DNA of 64,000 nt, taken from NCBI GenBank assembly GCA_030264375.1, contig JASCQW010000162.1, forward strand, positions 53,438,982-53,502,981. Direction: 5' to 3'. The translations under genes and the position numbers were made by a program. This document shows positions 37,656-50,702 of the stretch, one piece after another (positions within the stretch are counted from its first letter, which is position 1; the number at the start of each line of letters is the position of its first letter). The notes below the pieces were generated by a model. It was not told the DNA's origin. It did no database searches and saw only the letters and a list, made by a program, of their open reading frames with translations. The stretch is from Carcharhinus longimanus. Its lineage: Eukaryota.

Positions 37656-40600
37656 TTAAATTATAGGCCAGTTTTCACCACTATTTCATTGAACTCGAAG
37701 AATCAGGAATTCTCAAGAAGCAATTTAATATCTTACTGCCAAAACATATAGGAAAGTCCTGCGCCCCCTCCAGAGTTAGTATATGGAAATTTCCTATTTC
37801 TTTAAGATTAATGGTATTGCTGAATACTACTCACAGCAAGCAGTTGTGTGGCTCCTCTAAATCGGTAACCTACAGTTAGGAAAGCTTCACAAATGGTGAT
37901 CTAGGTTATATGAAATAATAACAAAGACTAAAATATCTCAGAAGTGTTTATTAACCCCACATCCAATACTTGATTCAAAGTTTTTGTTGAATATCTTCTA
38001 GAAAAATGTTAATAGATACAAAATCTGGCAGACATCATTTACATCTAATCAAGTTAGCCCTCATTAAACCAACAGCTCTATTTCACATGCACTGATAAGG
38101 ATACTTCATTAATGAAGAATTCACTTAAAACAGGCCTATAAGCTATGAATTTACTTTTCCATGTCGACTATAAGGTGCACAGGAGGCAAAGTAAATCATG
38201 TCTACAATTTGAGATTCAAAATTTATCACTATCCTAATGTCAGTCCATTATTTTCCAATGTTTCTCAAATGAATTGGCTAGGTGTTTGTTCCTGCCTGCG
38301 TGATCTTCCAGTCCTGGCAACATTGAACCCCTGTTACAGGTTTCCTGTGGTTTTGGGGTGGGGGGGAGGTAAAGGGTGCACATAATGGGAAATCCTGTTG
38401 ATTGCGGCAGGTCTGTAAGATCCCACCACTGATCAATGGCAGGCTATCCCCTGTACTGCAAAACAGGCTTTGAGTGGGGAGGGGTGCAAACTTCCACCCA
38501 GGCTCAGAATGTCAAATAGTTTAAAGCACAACCTAGGTTGCACTTCATACAGATTTGATGTTAAGACAACATTGATGAACATCTTTCACTCAGATTACGG
38601 GTCAGATTTTCCAGCCACATGCACCCCAAGACCGGAAATTCCTGCCCAAGGTCAACAGACCGTTAAATAATCCGTCAAATTTTCTGTCCCATGGTGGGCG
38701 AGACCGGACTATTTTGTTTTAGGTTATAGGTTGAAAATATAATAGACCATACAAATCATTAGCCTGGTAGTCTACATTGGTCTCATATTTCTATATTTAC
38801 AAATTACACATTACTAATTAAAATTCAATAGAATGAAAATTCTTAATGAGGTTTCATTAATTCATTTAAATTTCAAAACTTTTGCTGTTTAAATCTCTAG
38901 CATAAGTTTGGAACACAGATTATAGACAACATGGAAGTAATTTTTTTTAACAAGTTTTCGTTTCTTTTTTAAGGCAGATTTCTTGTGCTGTTGCCTGTGG
39001 GGATAGAGGCAGTGGTTTGTAAAAGGTGTCACAAACAATAGTACATTAAATGGCTAGTGGTCAAATGCTTATTGATTCATTGGCAGAAGCAATCAGTGCA
39101 AGTAGGATAATGGTAAAAATGACTTCTGTTTGGCTCCTGGGAAGGTCGTGCAACATGGGTAATGGTCAGGCCTTTTCCAGTTGGATCCAATTTCCTACAT
39201 GTCAATCAGGAAAGTGTAACAAATCTCAGGATTAGAATTTGGGACTCACTACCACAAGATGCATTTAAGTGGAAGATAAGTTAACACAAAAGGAAGAAAG
39301 AAATGGAAGATTCGGCTGTCAGGTTTAAACGAAAAGGGCTTACAAAAGGCTCATTTACGGCATAACAATAGTGAACATCAGTCAGAACACTTTTTGTTTT
39401 GGTGCAACTGGATTCTTCTGAACCTTTTGAACACGGATCCATTGGACAATCTGCATCTGTGTACATTCAACATAANNNNNNNNNNNNNNNNNNNNNNNNN
39501 NNNNNNNNNNNNNNNNNNNNNNNNNNNNNNNNNNNNNNNNNNNNNNNNNNNNNNNNNNNNNNNNNNNNNNNNNNNNNNNNNNNNNNNNNNNNNNNNNNNN
39601 NNNNNNNNNNNNNNNNNNNNNNNNNNNNNNNNNNNNNNNNNNNNNNNNNNNNNNNNNNNNNNNNNNNNNNNNNNNNNNNNNNNNNNNNNNNNNNNNNNNN
39701 NNNNNNNNNNNNNNNNNNNNNNNNNNNNNNNNNNNNNNNNNNNNNNNNNNNNNNNNNNNNNNNNNNNNNNNNNNNNNNNNNNNNNNNNNNNNNNNNNNNN
39801 NNNNNNNNNNNNNNNNNNNNNNNNNNNNNNNNNNNNNNNNNNNNNNNNNNNNNNNNNNNNNNNNNNNNNNNNNNNNNNNNNNNNNNNNNNNNNNNNNNNN
39901 NNNNNNNNNNNNNNNNNNNNNNNNNNNNNNNNNNNNNNNNNNNNNNNNNNNNNNNNNNNNNNNNNNNNNNNNNNNNNNNNNNNNNNNNNNNNNNNNNNNN
40001 NNNNNNNNNNNNNNNNNNNNNNNNNNNNNNNNNNNNNNTCTGAGATTAACTATATACAAGGTTTTTCACACTGGATTCATATTGTTCACTCCCACAGTGT
40101 AATCATTTTCACATGCATTTGGTGGTATAGTCAGAAATACCTGTCCTTCAATTATGTTGCTTCAGATTCCTTCTACATAATTCTAAATAATTTATGAAAT
40201 ACTGTTTAGTTCAACAGTTGATATTCTGACTGCAGGCATGAATCCATATTGGATAATGGACTGGTGGTGATGAACTGTGGCTTACTCAGAGGGTCCGTGT
40301 GGTTGTGGAAACATGTGTTTTCAATGCTTGTTGTAGTCAGGAGTTTGATGGTTAAGGCATTGCATGGCTGATCAGGGCCAGAATCAACCACACCTCTCCC
40401 TTGGGATCCCACCCACCCTATACTCAGGATAGGTTGGTCACTTAAGGACCATTTCCCACCCAGCCTCAATTTCTAGTTTGGTGGGTGAGTGACAGTACAA
40501 GGGGAATACCCATAATTGATCAGAGCTTGATCAAGGGAGAAAAGTGAAGAGGGTTCCTCTATCAGACAACTCCTTCGGACAGGCGATACCCTCCCCTCAA

Positions 40601-41305
40601 GGTCCAGTGACCTCCAGATCTTCCTCACACCCCAAATCTTCCCAGGATCCCAATCACTCTCCTTGAGGCCTGCAGAAGTTCTCCCTCCTTACTTTGGGAT
40701 CCCTGCCAGTTACCTGTCACGTTTTCAGGAGGGAAATATTTGGCTGCCAGTTGAAACTGCTCACCTAAGGTCTCATTCCAGAATTGCTACAGCTATTTTC
40801 TGATGCTGTACAATCTCAGACAGATTATGGAAGGTCTGGGCATTCTACCTACAGGCTGCTTACAGCCCCAAATTGTTCCCTAAGCAAGCAATTCCTGTCA
40901 ATATAATTTAATTTGTCTGCCTGGGTATTATATTTTTCTTAAACTACGGTTCAAGAGTTTGGAATCATGTTGAGAGGTTGCTAATTTACTTCTGGTAAAG
41001 CACAATATTCATTGTAACTTGTCAGTACTTTTATCTTTACTTTTGAAATTTTAGGGTGGTAATTTTCAGTTGAGTGATAACCTAGTGAAGTGGATTGCTC
41101 GCTTATAGAACTTGTTGAATTTACACCGATGTGTTGTAAGGTGGGTTGATCCTATAACAACCGAACAATCTAGTTTGCCAAGTTAACACATGTCTGATAT
41201 GTACCCTTAATATGCCTAGATTCAAAGAATATTTACTGCAAATTAAAGGCGAGAAGCAGCAAGTTAAACTGAGGTTTACGGGATAGCAAATCAAGCATGG
41301 ACAGC

Positions 41306-41556
41306 TCATGTCTTCGGACACTTGAATGTTCTGAATCCTGGTAACGTGACTTTGCCTTTTAAGTAGATATCTTCATCTGGACCCTGATTTATACGTTTCA
41401 CCAAGTTCTTTTCAAACATCAATGGGTGGTAAGCGCCCATCGTACAGGCCTGGTCTTGGAACTTTTCGTAATAATGGCAGAGATCAGTTTTTCTCTTTGA
41501 GGGCAGAAATTCATAAACATCCGTTTGGTTGCAAATAGTCATCATTAATATGATAC
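41306..41556 (-). CDS. ST6GAL1: ST6GAL1 last coding exon (rest of sialylmotif S, motif III, motif VS, stop)
   Basis: ttttcattcacag|GT, phase 1. Encodes (G)[101 protein letters not shown] and NQGxDEDIYL favour ST6GAL1 over ST6GAL2 (YEYIPSVRQT, CTLGAYHP). Confidence 0.97.
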
Positions 41557-41879
41557 CTGTGAATGAAAAGTAGACATTATCTGATGGTGAATGTGCAAGT
41601 ACAAGAGATAGAAACCAACAGGTGAGCATATGTTGTACAGAAAGAGGGAACCAGACAAGAATATACACTGGATGTGTACAAATGTGTAAAACGCAAAGAA
41701 ATCCCACAACACCAGTTTAAAGTCCAAACAGGTTTATTTGTAGCAAAAGCCTCAAGCTTTCGGGACAGACTTTTGCTCAATTAATCAGAAATATAGGGCA
41801 CTGATATGATGGGACTAATACAATGACACTGACACTATGGCACCCTTACTATGGCACTGTTACTATGGATGATTATTGG

Positions 41880-42040
41880 CTTCACCGTCTGCGCAGTAAT
41901 CAAGTGGAGCAGATCACCCTCCTTTCCAGAGACCACTAAGCAAGCCTTATTAAATATGTATACCGGCGTCCGCAGTAAGTACGAGCATGCGCAGATTGTT
42001 GTTGCCAAGAAAACCGGTCGAGGGACCTGTTTGTCGCTGA
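41880..42040. promoter_or_regulatory. CpG-rich candidate regulatory element in the last ST6GAL1 intron
   Basis: 10 CpGs in ~155 bp; NRF1-like CGAGCATGCGCA (41982-41993); RFX X-box-like GTTGCCAAGAAAAC (42001-42014). Confidence 0.35.
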
Positions 42041-42789
42041 CACCAAATTATGTGTACATGTTGTGTTGTTTTATTTTGTATTTCTAAAAGTCAAGGCAAT
42101 TAAGCATTAAAAAGCATGCTTCTTTCCTAGTCACCACCCAATTTCCATTCCATTGTTCGTGGGTCATCTGAGCCACAATTAAGAACTCGCCCAGTTACAT
42201 ATTTGCAACAGAACATGTGTGACAAATTACTATACTGCCAAATGCATGTCCTGAATGTCATGTTTTGTGCATCTAAAGAGATGATGCTTTCTCTGTATTG
42301 GTCAGACAAATCATAAAGTACTGAATGTACAACATTTTGTTCTTTCAGCTGCTAATTACAGCGAGCTATTGTTAGCTCACACTGCCAACACTGACAATGC
42401 ATTTCTGAGATTTTCTCATTTCTTGATGCCTAATCTAGAAATGAGAAAGTAATTGTAAGCAAGCATATTCCCCATTGACTATTCTATTTTTAGTTCAACT
42501 ACAATTACATCAATTGCTGTAAGATTTATTGATACTTATAAAATGTTCAAATTACAACATCAAACACCCATGTCTAGGAGTAACTTATTTCCATGACATA
42601 AAACTCCCTGAGCTGTGGATGAAATCGTTCATGAGGCACGTAGGGCAATGTATACCTGCAAAATAATCAACAAACCCATTTTAAATTCACTCTGTTTTTC
42701 TCTCTCAACTTTGGTAAGTGAAGGAAATCAATTTTCTGACCACCCTCATAAGTGCGGTCAGTTATTGAAATCAAAGTTCAATAAACACC

Positions 42790-43110
42790 ATGGCACGGTG
42801 GCACAGTGATTAGCACTACTGCCTCACAGTACCACGGACCCGGACTTGAGTTCCGGTTTGGGTCACTGTCTGTGTGGAGTTTGCACATTCTCCCCGTGTC
42901 TGCGTAGGTTTCCTCCAGGTGCTCCAGTTTCCTCCCACAGCCCAAAGATGTGTGGGTTAGGTGGATTGCCCATGCTAAATTGCCTGTTAGTGTCAGGAGG
43001 ATTAGCATGTTAAATGCATGGGGTTATGAGGAGAGGGCCTGGGTGGGATTGTGGTCGGTGCAGACTCGATGGGCCAAATGGTCTCCTTCTGCACTGCAGG
43101 CATTCTGTGT
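42790..43110 (+). mobile_element. HE1/V-SINE-type SINE, full length
   Basis: ggcacggtggcacagtgattagcactactgcctcacag head, core, and tail gactcgatgggccaaatgg. Confidence 0.9.
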
Positions 43111-43912
43111 CTATGTTTTACAGTAATCCTAAACTTTGAAATCAGCCCGAACCAGACATTAAACTCAGAAGTTGTAACTCTTTGCACCATGATGCTAGAG
43201 ATGTTTGAGTTTTCCTAACCGCAGGTAGGAAAGTTGCATTATTAAATCAAAAATCAGATGTTGTAATCATTTTTAAATGAAGAGGTCCAGTTACAATCAA
43301 AGATCTAAGCGTACTGATGAGGTCAAAAGAGGTTACATGTGAGGCCATAGTGCAGGGACTGGTAGATGCACAACAAATTCGACTTGCACTGAAAGTTCAG
43401 CTTGTTCTGAAGAACAATATGACCAATTTTAAAATAAGATATTCATGCTCTGTTAGGTCAATATGACATTCAAAAAATACAAATGTTTATTATTTTACCA
43501 GTTTTTTAAAAATGGACTTTCTGCTGAATAAAAATGGGTCTTCTACAAGGTATAAGACCACAGGATTGGCTCTTTGTTCTGAAATTTACCAACAGGAGTT
43601 ATGAGAACAAAGGAATTGCTCTTTTTTTCACTCAGCCTGTGGAATCTCACACTTCATCATGCAGACCCCTTGTAATCAAAGAAAGCACAGGGAGTGCAAA
43701 TGAACTAGTTCCCCCAACTTAAGTTACCACAAATGAGAAAGATCAAAGCTTCTTCTGCCCAAATATGATAATAATCACCTCATTTCTCTCTTAAGAGGAA
43801 TCAATGGATTCTGACCAGGAGAAGGGAAACTGATTGTGAAGTTACAATTAACCATTAATAGGTCATGTCACATGATCCAAACCTTTGGCCTTTTGGACAA
43901 TTTTAACACTGG

Positions 43913-44031
43913 GGGTGGGATTTTCTGGCCATGCCTTTCCTAAGACTGGAAAATCCCAACCAAGGTCAATGGACCTTTCCATGGTCCACCTCTTGCCCAC
44001 TACTAAGGGAGTGGAATGGGAAAATTTGCCC
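43913..44031. mobile_element. MITE
   Basis: ggggtgggattttc ... aaggtcaatggacc ... ggaaaatttgccc. Confidence 0.65.
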
Positions 44032-44695
44032 CTACATCTTTGGCCTCACAGGCAGTCTGCTGCTTACCCGTGAACACCAAGAAGCAGAACCGCAGGTTGA
44101 AAATAGCCTATCTCTGAAAGCTTGTCTCTGCTGGAAGACTCCTGCAGAATGGACCCAACTCCATCTTGCCGTGTCAGCACCAACTGTAAAGAGAAATCTA
44201 CAACTCTGGTCTTCAGCCAAATGAATTCAAGGTCCTCCATGAAGTAACTCCCGTTGAACTCCGGCTCTTGAAATCAAGTGAACTAATATCCATTTCTGTA
44301 GTTCTTGTACTGTTGCTATTGACAATTGTAAAGCTCTATTTTCTATTCCCGACTTTACAGTTTGTGTCATGGAGTGAGAAGTTGTGAACACTCCTTCCCC
44401 GGGTGCTAAATGTGAAATGAACTAACCATCTGAGTTAATCACATTGCAGGTTTGTTGCGATAATTAGAAAATTGGATCATCGAAGGTTTGGGAAAACACA
44501 TCACTGCGTATTTAAAAATAATTCAAAATACTTTCTGCTTGTGGCCGATTGGTGAGGGCAGAGAAGTACAGTTTGCATGTCTCTCTTTTGTCATAACATC
44601 AGATTATATCATTTATAATCTTATAGACATGCTAAGAAAATGAAATTAATGGGCAGAACATTGATTCCTTATTCAATATATATATGCATTTCAAG

Positions 44696-44843
44696 CGGGA
44701 TTCTCCAGCTGCGCTCACCTCAAAACCGGAGAATACCGCCTGAGATCGATGGACCTTGCATGGTATGGTCCACTGCCCCCTCCTCGTACCTCCAGCCTAC
44801 CTGCTCCAATTCCCGTGGTGGGTGGGATGGCAGAATTCCAGCC
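44696..44843. mobile_element. MITE
   Basis: gcgggattctcc ... gagatcgatggacc ... agaattccagccc. Confidence 0.6.
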
Positions 44844-46127
44844 CTGATGTTTAGAGTAAATCTCTGGTACAATTGAATAGAGTGCAGCTGTATTGATGCT
44901 GCCAGAACATTCATGTTGAATATAAATGAAAGGAAGGAGTGAATGTGCGAATGAAGATTGCTGAATGTTGGCAGATAATCATTCCATTAGCCTACTTGCC
45001 CAAATTAAAATGTGAATGATTTGCTGCACATTATTAACTGCAATACTCTATTAAATCCCCAACTAGTAAATCAATGAATGAGATTGCTATTTGTTCAAAA
45101 TTAGTGGTTGTAGAATTGACTTGCAGATAGTACTGTTTTGCTGTAATTGCACTCTCAGGCGCCATGGGAGAGCTCTGTGTATATATACTCAGACACTTGT
45201 ACAGAAATCCATTCTGAACACATAGGGTGGGCTCTTCCAAACTGGAGTCTACATCCAGTGGTGGGCAGAGAAGTCAGAATGGCAGAACTTGTGCAATTTT
45301 GCACTGTCTTAAAGGGCATCTGGACAGCCATTCACTCGCTGCAGGCCAGGAGCACCGCAATACCCTTCCAGAGTCCTTGCAGCTCACATTGGAGATGGTA
45401 GCAGATGTGAGCAATTACATCCTGGAACAGAGGGTGGCGACTCCCACATTGCCTTTTGCTCATCTCTGGATCAGAACACTGCCTGCAAATACACTCATGC
45501 TTGAGCCAATGCTCATCATTGCAGTTGACCCTATTCACCAGCATCTTGGCTTCCAGAGGCCCTGCAGTCCCTTGCTGCTCAGGCCCTTGCTCCTTCTGTC
45601 CCTATACCAACCTGGATGGGCCCTCCCTCCTTCTCCTCATCAGGAAGACAGTCCATTACCAAGACAGGCATGTCTGCAGCCTGCATCATTCATACTTCAG
45701 TGAATGTCTGAATAGCTTGCCCTCTACCTCAAAGTCAACATGCACATGCTCAGTCCTTCACCTGGCCTCCATCTAAAAATGGCAACCCCACCCCACCAGG
45801 AAAAGCACATCCTGGAAGACCAGAAATGGGTGTTCCTCCCATTCATATATGAACACACCATGGAAATATTGCTCTTTGGTCAGGTTGTTGAGAGTCATGT
45901 GTAATGGGGACACTTTTCCGCTAATCTCCACCACCCTTAAATCTCCATATAGAGACTTGGCCGCATAGAAGACTAATCGCATGATCCCTTGTCAGCAATG
46001 ACCATTCACCTGAGAGGATGGAGGTTTGGAGTCACAAGTTGGTTGCCCTTTACGAGCTGGGGGCCTTGGAGATATTCAACTTCCTCCCTACCCGCCTGCA
46101 GCGAATGGCAAATAGCACTGAAAGAAA

Positions 46128-46430
46128 GTAAGAAGTCTCACAACACCAGGTTAAAGTCCAACCAGTTTATTTGATAGTAAACTCACAGGTTTCGGGGTTT
46201 GCCCCTTGGTCAGGTGAATTCACCNNNNNNNNNNNNNNNNNNNNNNNNNNNNNNNNNNNNNNNNNNNNNNNNNNNNNNNNNNNNNNNNNNNNNNNNNNNN
46301 NNNNNNNNNNNNNNNNNNNNNNNNAAGCTTGTGAGTTTACCATCAAATAAATTGGTTGGACTTTAACCTGGTGTTGTGAGACTTCTTACTGTGTTTACCC
46401 CCATCCAACACCAGCATTTCCAATATCATG
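46128..46430. repeat. Inverted repeat of Penelope-type termini
   Basis: gtaagaagtctcacaacaccaggttaaagtccaacc...aaactcaca (46129-46187) pairs with tgtgagttt...ggttggactttaacctggtgttgtgagacttcttac (46330-46389). Confidence 0.85.
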
Positions 46431-47709
46431 ACTGAAAGAATGAACAGCAGCTCCACGCCTTGCTGGGATCTCGATGTCATGATGCCCAGGAGTTGGGAAC
46501 AAACCTTCACCATAGAGCAGAGAACACAAGTGAGCACCTTTGACATCCAATTGCCTCATAATTATTAGGCTGTCCCTTTAGTTGGCCACTTGTGCAGACC
46601 TTGAACTCCACTCACCCGAAAAGACCCTCCTCCCACCTTGAGGGGGTCAGACTGACTGACTAACTACCTGGACATAATCAGTTTGGAAAAATGGTGCGCA
46701 TCACTTTCAGACTTACTTCACTATCATCTGCCCTCATGTTATCGCTCACCAACTACCCCCCATCGCCACAGACCCACCCAACATCACCATTCCTCTCCCC
46801 TCTATCATCATTGCGCCTCGCTGGTTTTTCTGACCCTACCACCATCTACCTCCATAAGCCTTTCCTCCCTTCATAGCCAACACCTGGTTTCTATCCACAT
46901 GTCCATCTGACCCTGTTTTTCCCCACTTTCTGTCTTGTTCCCCTTCTGTGATCCCCTAGGTGAGATCTTCACCTAACAGATTTTCACCCTGACAGCCTAC
47001 TGTATCCCATTCTCCTCTCTGAATGTGACTGTTCCCTCCTGTCACCAGTACCCTAAGTTCAAACCCCAGGCCCCACCATCCACACTGCCCGCTCTCTAAT
47101 ACCCTCATCTTCTCTAGACCCTCTTTCCACCCTTCCCCTGGTGCCTGTCTCCCTGGTGCAGTCTTTGCTCCGCCATCCACCCAAAACACCCACCCTTCCA
47201 GCTTTCCCCTGCCTGCCTTCTCCAGTCATAGTTGCAGTTATGTGAGGTCCCCAGGAAGGAGAATGCAACATCAACAGACCTCAGAGTCATGGAAGAAATG
47301 AAGCACACCAGGCACCATTGATATACAGCCGTAAAACTGAACGTTCCAAACTCTCGCTGACAAGAAACATTATTGCAGAAGGCAAACTTAATTTCAGCCA
47401 AGTGGCCTTTTATTGGGAAGGAGCATGCATGAGATCCTAATACTTGTTCATCGGAACTCTCAATAGACTTTTAAATCACTTTGAAAGCAGGATGAGCAGA
47501 ATTCCAACATTTTATCCTATTGTTGGGAAATTAATGTCGTGCCTCCCCCCAAATCTTGTGCCCCTGTCTCCGATGATTCCTGTACTCACAGATTTTGAGC
47601 TTTCTATGAGAATGAATATGAGTGATCTCAGAATACAGTTATGAAGTTGTCACTCAGTGGCTGCCAACGATAAGAGTTTAAAAAACAACCACAACATTTT
47701 ATACTAAAA

Positions 47710-48015
47710 TCGTAGAAGTGCAAAAGGAGGCCATTCAGCCCATCGAGCCTGCACCAACAACAATCCCACCCAGGCTCTCTCGCCGTAACCCCAGGTATTT
47801 ACCCTGCTAGCTCCCGTGACATTAAGGGCAATTTAGCATGGCCAATCAACCTAACCAGCACACCTTTGGAGTGTGGGAAGAAAGCGGAGCACCCGGAGGA
47901 AACCGACGCTATCACGGGCAGAACGTGNNNNNNNNNNNNNNNNNNNNNNNNNNNNNNNNNNNNNNNNNNNNNNNNNNNNNNNNNNNGCAGCAGTGCTAAC
48001 CACTATGCCACTGTG
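47710..48015 (-). mobile_element. HE1/V-SINE-type SINE
   Basis: Reverse-complement head gcagcagtgctaaccact, core and tail. Confidence 0.85.
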
Positions 48016-48522
48016 CCATGCTCACTACAGAAGAAAAGGGTGCTGATGTTTGGGAAATCCACCCTGATTGACTAAGGCACTGCCATGAAAAAACAAGAGA
48101 GAACTATGAAGTCCCCAAGTTCCTGGGTGATTCAAAAAGGCACAAGGCTTGAACATATTTCTTTTGTTTGCAGAGTACTTGTCCCCAATCTGAATGTATG
48201 TCACTTTGAGCAAACGTACATGAGCGATGACACAAGCTCAACCAATTATCTTCAATTGGTTGTGAGTGTAGCTGATAGTGTACTCATGATTGTTCAGCAA
48301 GTGCTGCCCCTTAGCAGAACCATATCTGACTGCAGACATTTTGCTTTGAGCTTTGGAAATAAAAGCTGATTGAGTGCAGTCTGTACTTTGCCTATTACAA
48401 ACAGCCAAAGGATTATGCTGTTTGATTCAAGTGGCCAATCACTGGGATATTTGACCTACATACCTGCTACGGCATCAGCACTGAAATTCACACATGATGT
48501 TGCTCAATTGTATGGAAGACGG

Positions 48523-49723
48523 GGGCCCCAATTTTACCATTTTGATTCTAAGTGCTGAATCTGGGAGTGTTCCAGATCTGACTTGTAAACCTGTTCTTCA
48601 GCGCCCGCATACGCACCCTGCCTGAAAAACTAGCAGCTAATCTGAATCATGCTACAGAAATCTACGGACGGGGCTTATCATGCCCAAAATACTGCTGCTC
48701 CAATTGAGCAGTAAAATAAAAATTCGAAAAACGCTCCCCAGCCACATCAGTCTCAGGCCTCTTTGGTGACCCCCACAGACATTGCCCCAACCCTACAACA
48801 CAACTGTCCCCCTTATCNNNNNNNNNNNNNNNNNNNNNNNNNNNNNNNNNNNNNNNNNNNNNNNNNNNNNNNNNNNNNNNNNNNNNNNNNNNNNNNNNNN
48901 NNNNNNNNNNNNNNNNNNNNNNNNNNNNNNNNNNNNNNNNNNNNNNNNNNNNNNNNNNNNNNNNNNNNNNNNNNNNNNNNNNNNNNNNNNNNNNNNNNNN
49001 NNNNNNNNNNNNNNNNNNNNNNNNNNNNNNNNNNNNNNNNNNNNNNNNNNNNNNNNNNNNNNNNNNNNNNNNNNNNNNNNNNNNNNNNNNNNNNNNNNNN
49101 NNNNNNNNNNNNNNNNNNNNNNNNNNNNNNNNNNNNNNNNNNNNNNNNNNNNNNNNNNNNNNNNNNNNNNNNNNNNNNNNNNNNNNNNNNNNNNNNNNNN
49201 NNNNNNNNNNNNNNNNNNNNNNNNNNNNNNNNNNNNNNNNNNNNNNNNNNNCACCTCCCCTCCCCCAACCACCAGAGATTCGTCTGACCCACCTTCCTCC
49301 TCCTCCCACTCACCCCGCCCCGGGAATGATCTGGTCTGCCCCCCCCAACCCCCCACCCCCACTGATTTGAGTCAGAGAACCGTTGGAAGCTCTGAACTTA
49401 CCTCTTCAGAAGCTGGAGTGCCCAAAACAGACCTTTGTGGACTATGTTTCGCACCAAATCTGGATGGACGAACACAGCGGTAAAAGGGAAAATGTTGGTA
49501 AAATTGGGTGTCCAGCCCACTAAGCCAATTTAAATACATGCAAATATATTTGAATTAACATCGTGCCATTTTGGGCGTGATGCTGATCACAGCCATTTTG
49601 GGTTCTCGGGTAAAGGGGGAACTGGCTTGGAGGCGGTTGTGTGATCACGCCACGCGCCTTATGCCTGACGTTACCAAATTTTCATGTCCCAAAACAGCGC
49701 AACTTGCTTGTAAAATCGGGCCC
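48523..49723. mobile_element. ~1.2-kb non-autonomous DNA transposon with TIRs
   Basis: gggccccaattttacca ... tgtaaaatcgggccc; CpG-rich; internal masked C-rich repeat; no ORF. Confidence 0.75.
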
Positions 49724-49824
49724 AGATTATCTATCTGGAGTGAGGCAGTAGCTTAGAAAATACCACTCGCGTAACTACTTCATAGTAACAGTGTGCGATA
49801 GCTTGCTTAATATGTTGTTCAGAA

Positions 49825-50180
49825 TCAGAGAATCCCTACAGTGCAGAAGAAAGCCATTCTGCCCATCAAAGCTGCAACAACTCTCTGACCAAGCATTTTG
49901 CCCGGGCCCTTTCACCCGCTGTATCCCCATAACTCCATATATTTAGCATGGCCAATCCCCCCAAACTATACATCTTTGGACATCAAGGGACAATTTAGCA
50001 TGGCCAATCTACCTCATCCACACATCTTTGGACTGTGGGAGGAAACCGGAGCACCTGGAGGAAACCCTCACAGACATGGGGAGACTGCAAACTCCACACA
50101 ATCACTCAAAGCCAGAATTGAACCCGGGTCCCTGGCACTGTAAGGTAGCAGTACCAACCACTGTTCCATCATGCCGCCTT
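49825..50180 (-). mobile_element. HE1/V-SINE-type SINE
   Basis: attgaacccgggtccctggcactg (reverse B-box), core tgtgggaggaaaccggagcacc. Confidence 0.85.
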
Positions 50181-50702
50181 TCCAGGATATCATGCTGAGC
50201 ACCTATATGAAAAAGAATCAGAGGTATTTCCAGCCAGCACAGTCACTCTTTCACTTCCAATGCCATGCTTTTGCCATCAGGAACATGTGTCAGGAGATCA
50301 CAGGCATGCTCTGAATGATCTTCTGCCCATTGAAAAATAGTGACTGTAAATGGAAGGAGCAGGCCACAGTAGTCCTGATAATGCACTGAGTGGATCCAGT
50401 TCCCCATTGCAGGGATGACTATATTATTAATTCTTTTTGCTGAATTCTCAGTGTCCCGTTTAAACTTGGTAAAGACCTGGAGTATTTTACTTACGTATCC
50501 TCCCAACTAGGTCATGATGCATTATTTGGGTAGGATTAACTTACAATACTTGAGGAACAACAGGAAGACTAAACAGCAAGCATTGATGGCAACTTTGTTT
50601 AGAAAAATACTAATCTGAATCTCTTGAAACTTGTTTGCTTTAGGCCCAAAAAGTCTTTTACCTATAGCTCAATACTTCCACCTACTGGTCAGAATTTTTA
50701 AA

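Noticed and set aside
37947-37952. AATAAA on the - strand as the ST6GAL1 polyA signal
   Set aside because: Plausible, but one of several possible hexamers; cannot be assigned without 3'-end data.
43314-43345. CTGATGAGGTCAAAAGAGG as a hammerhead core
   Set aside because: No closing helix II or GAAA box.
45050-47400. GC-moderate block with several overlapping ORFs (e.g. 45227-45703)
   Set aside because: Probably a decayed transposon, but no motif could be assigned with confidence; no evidence for a host gene.
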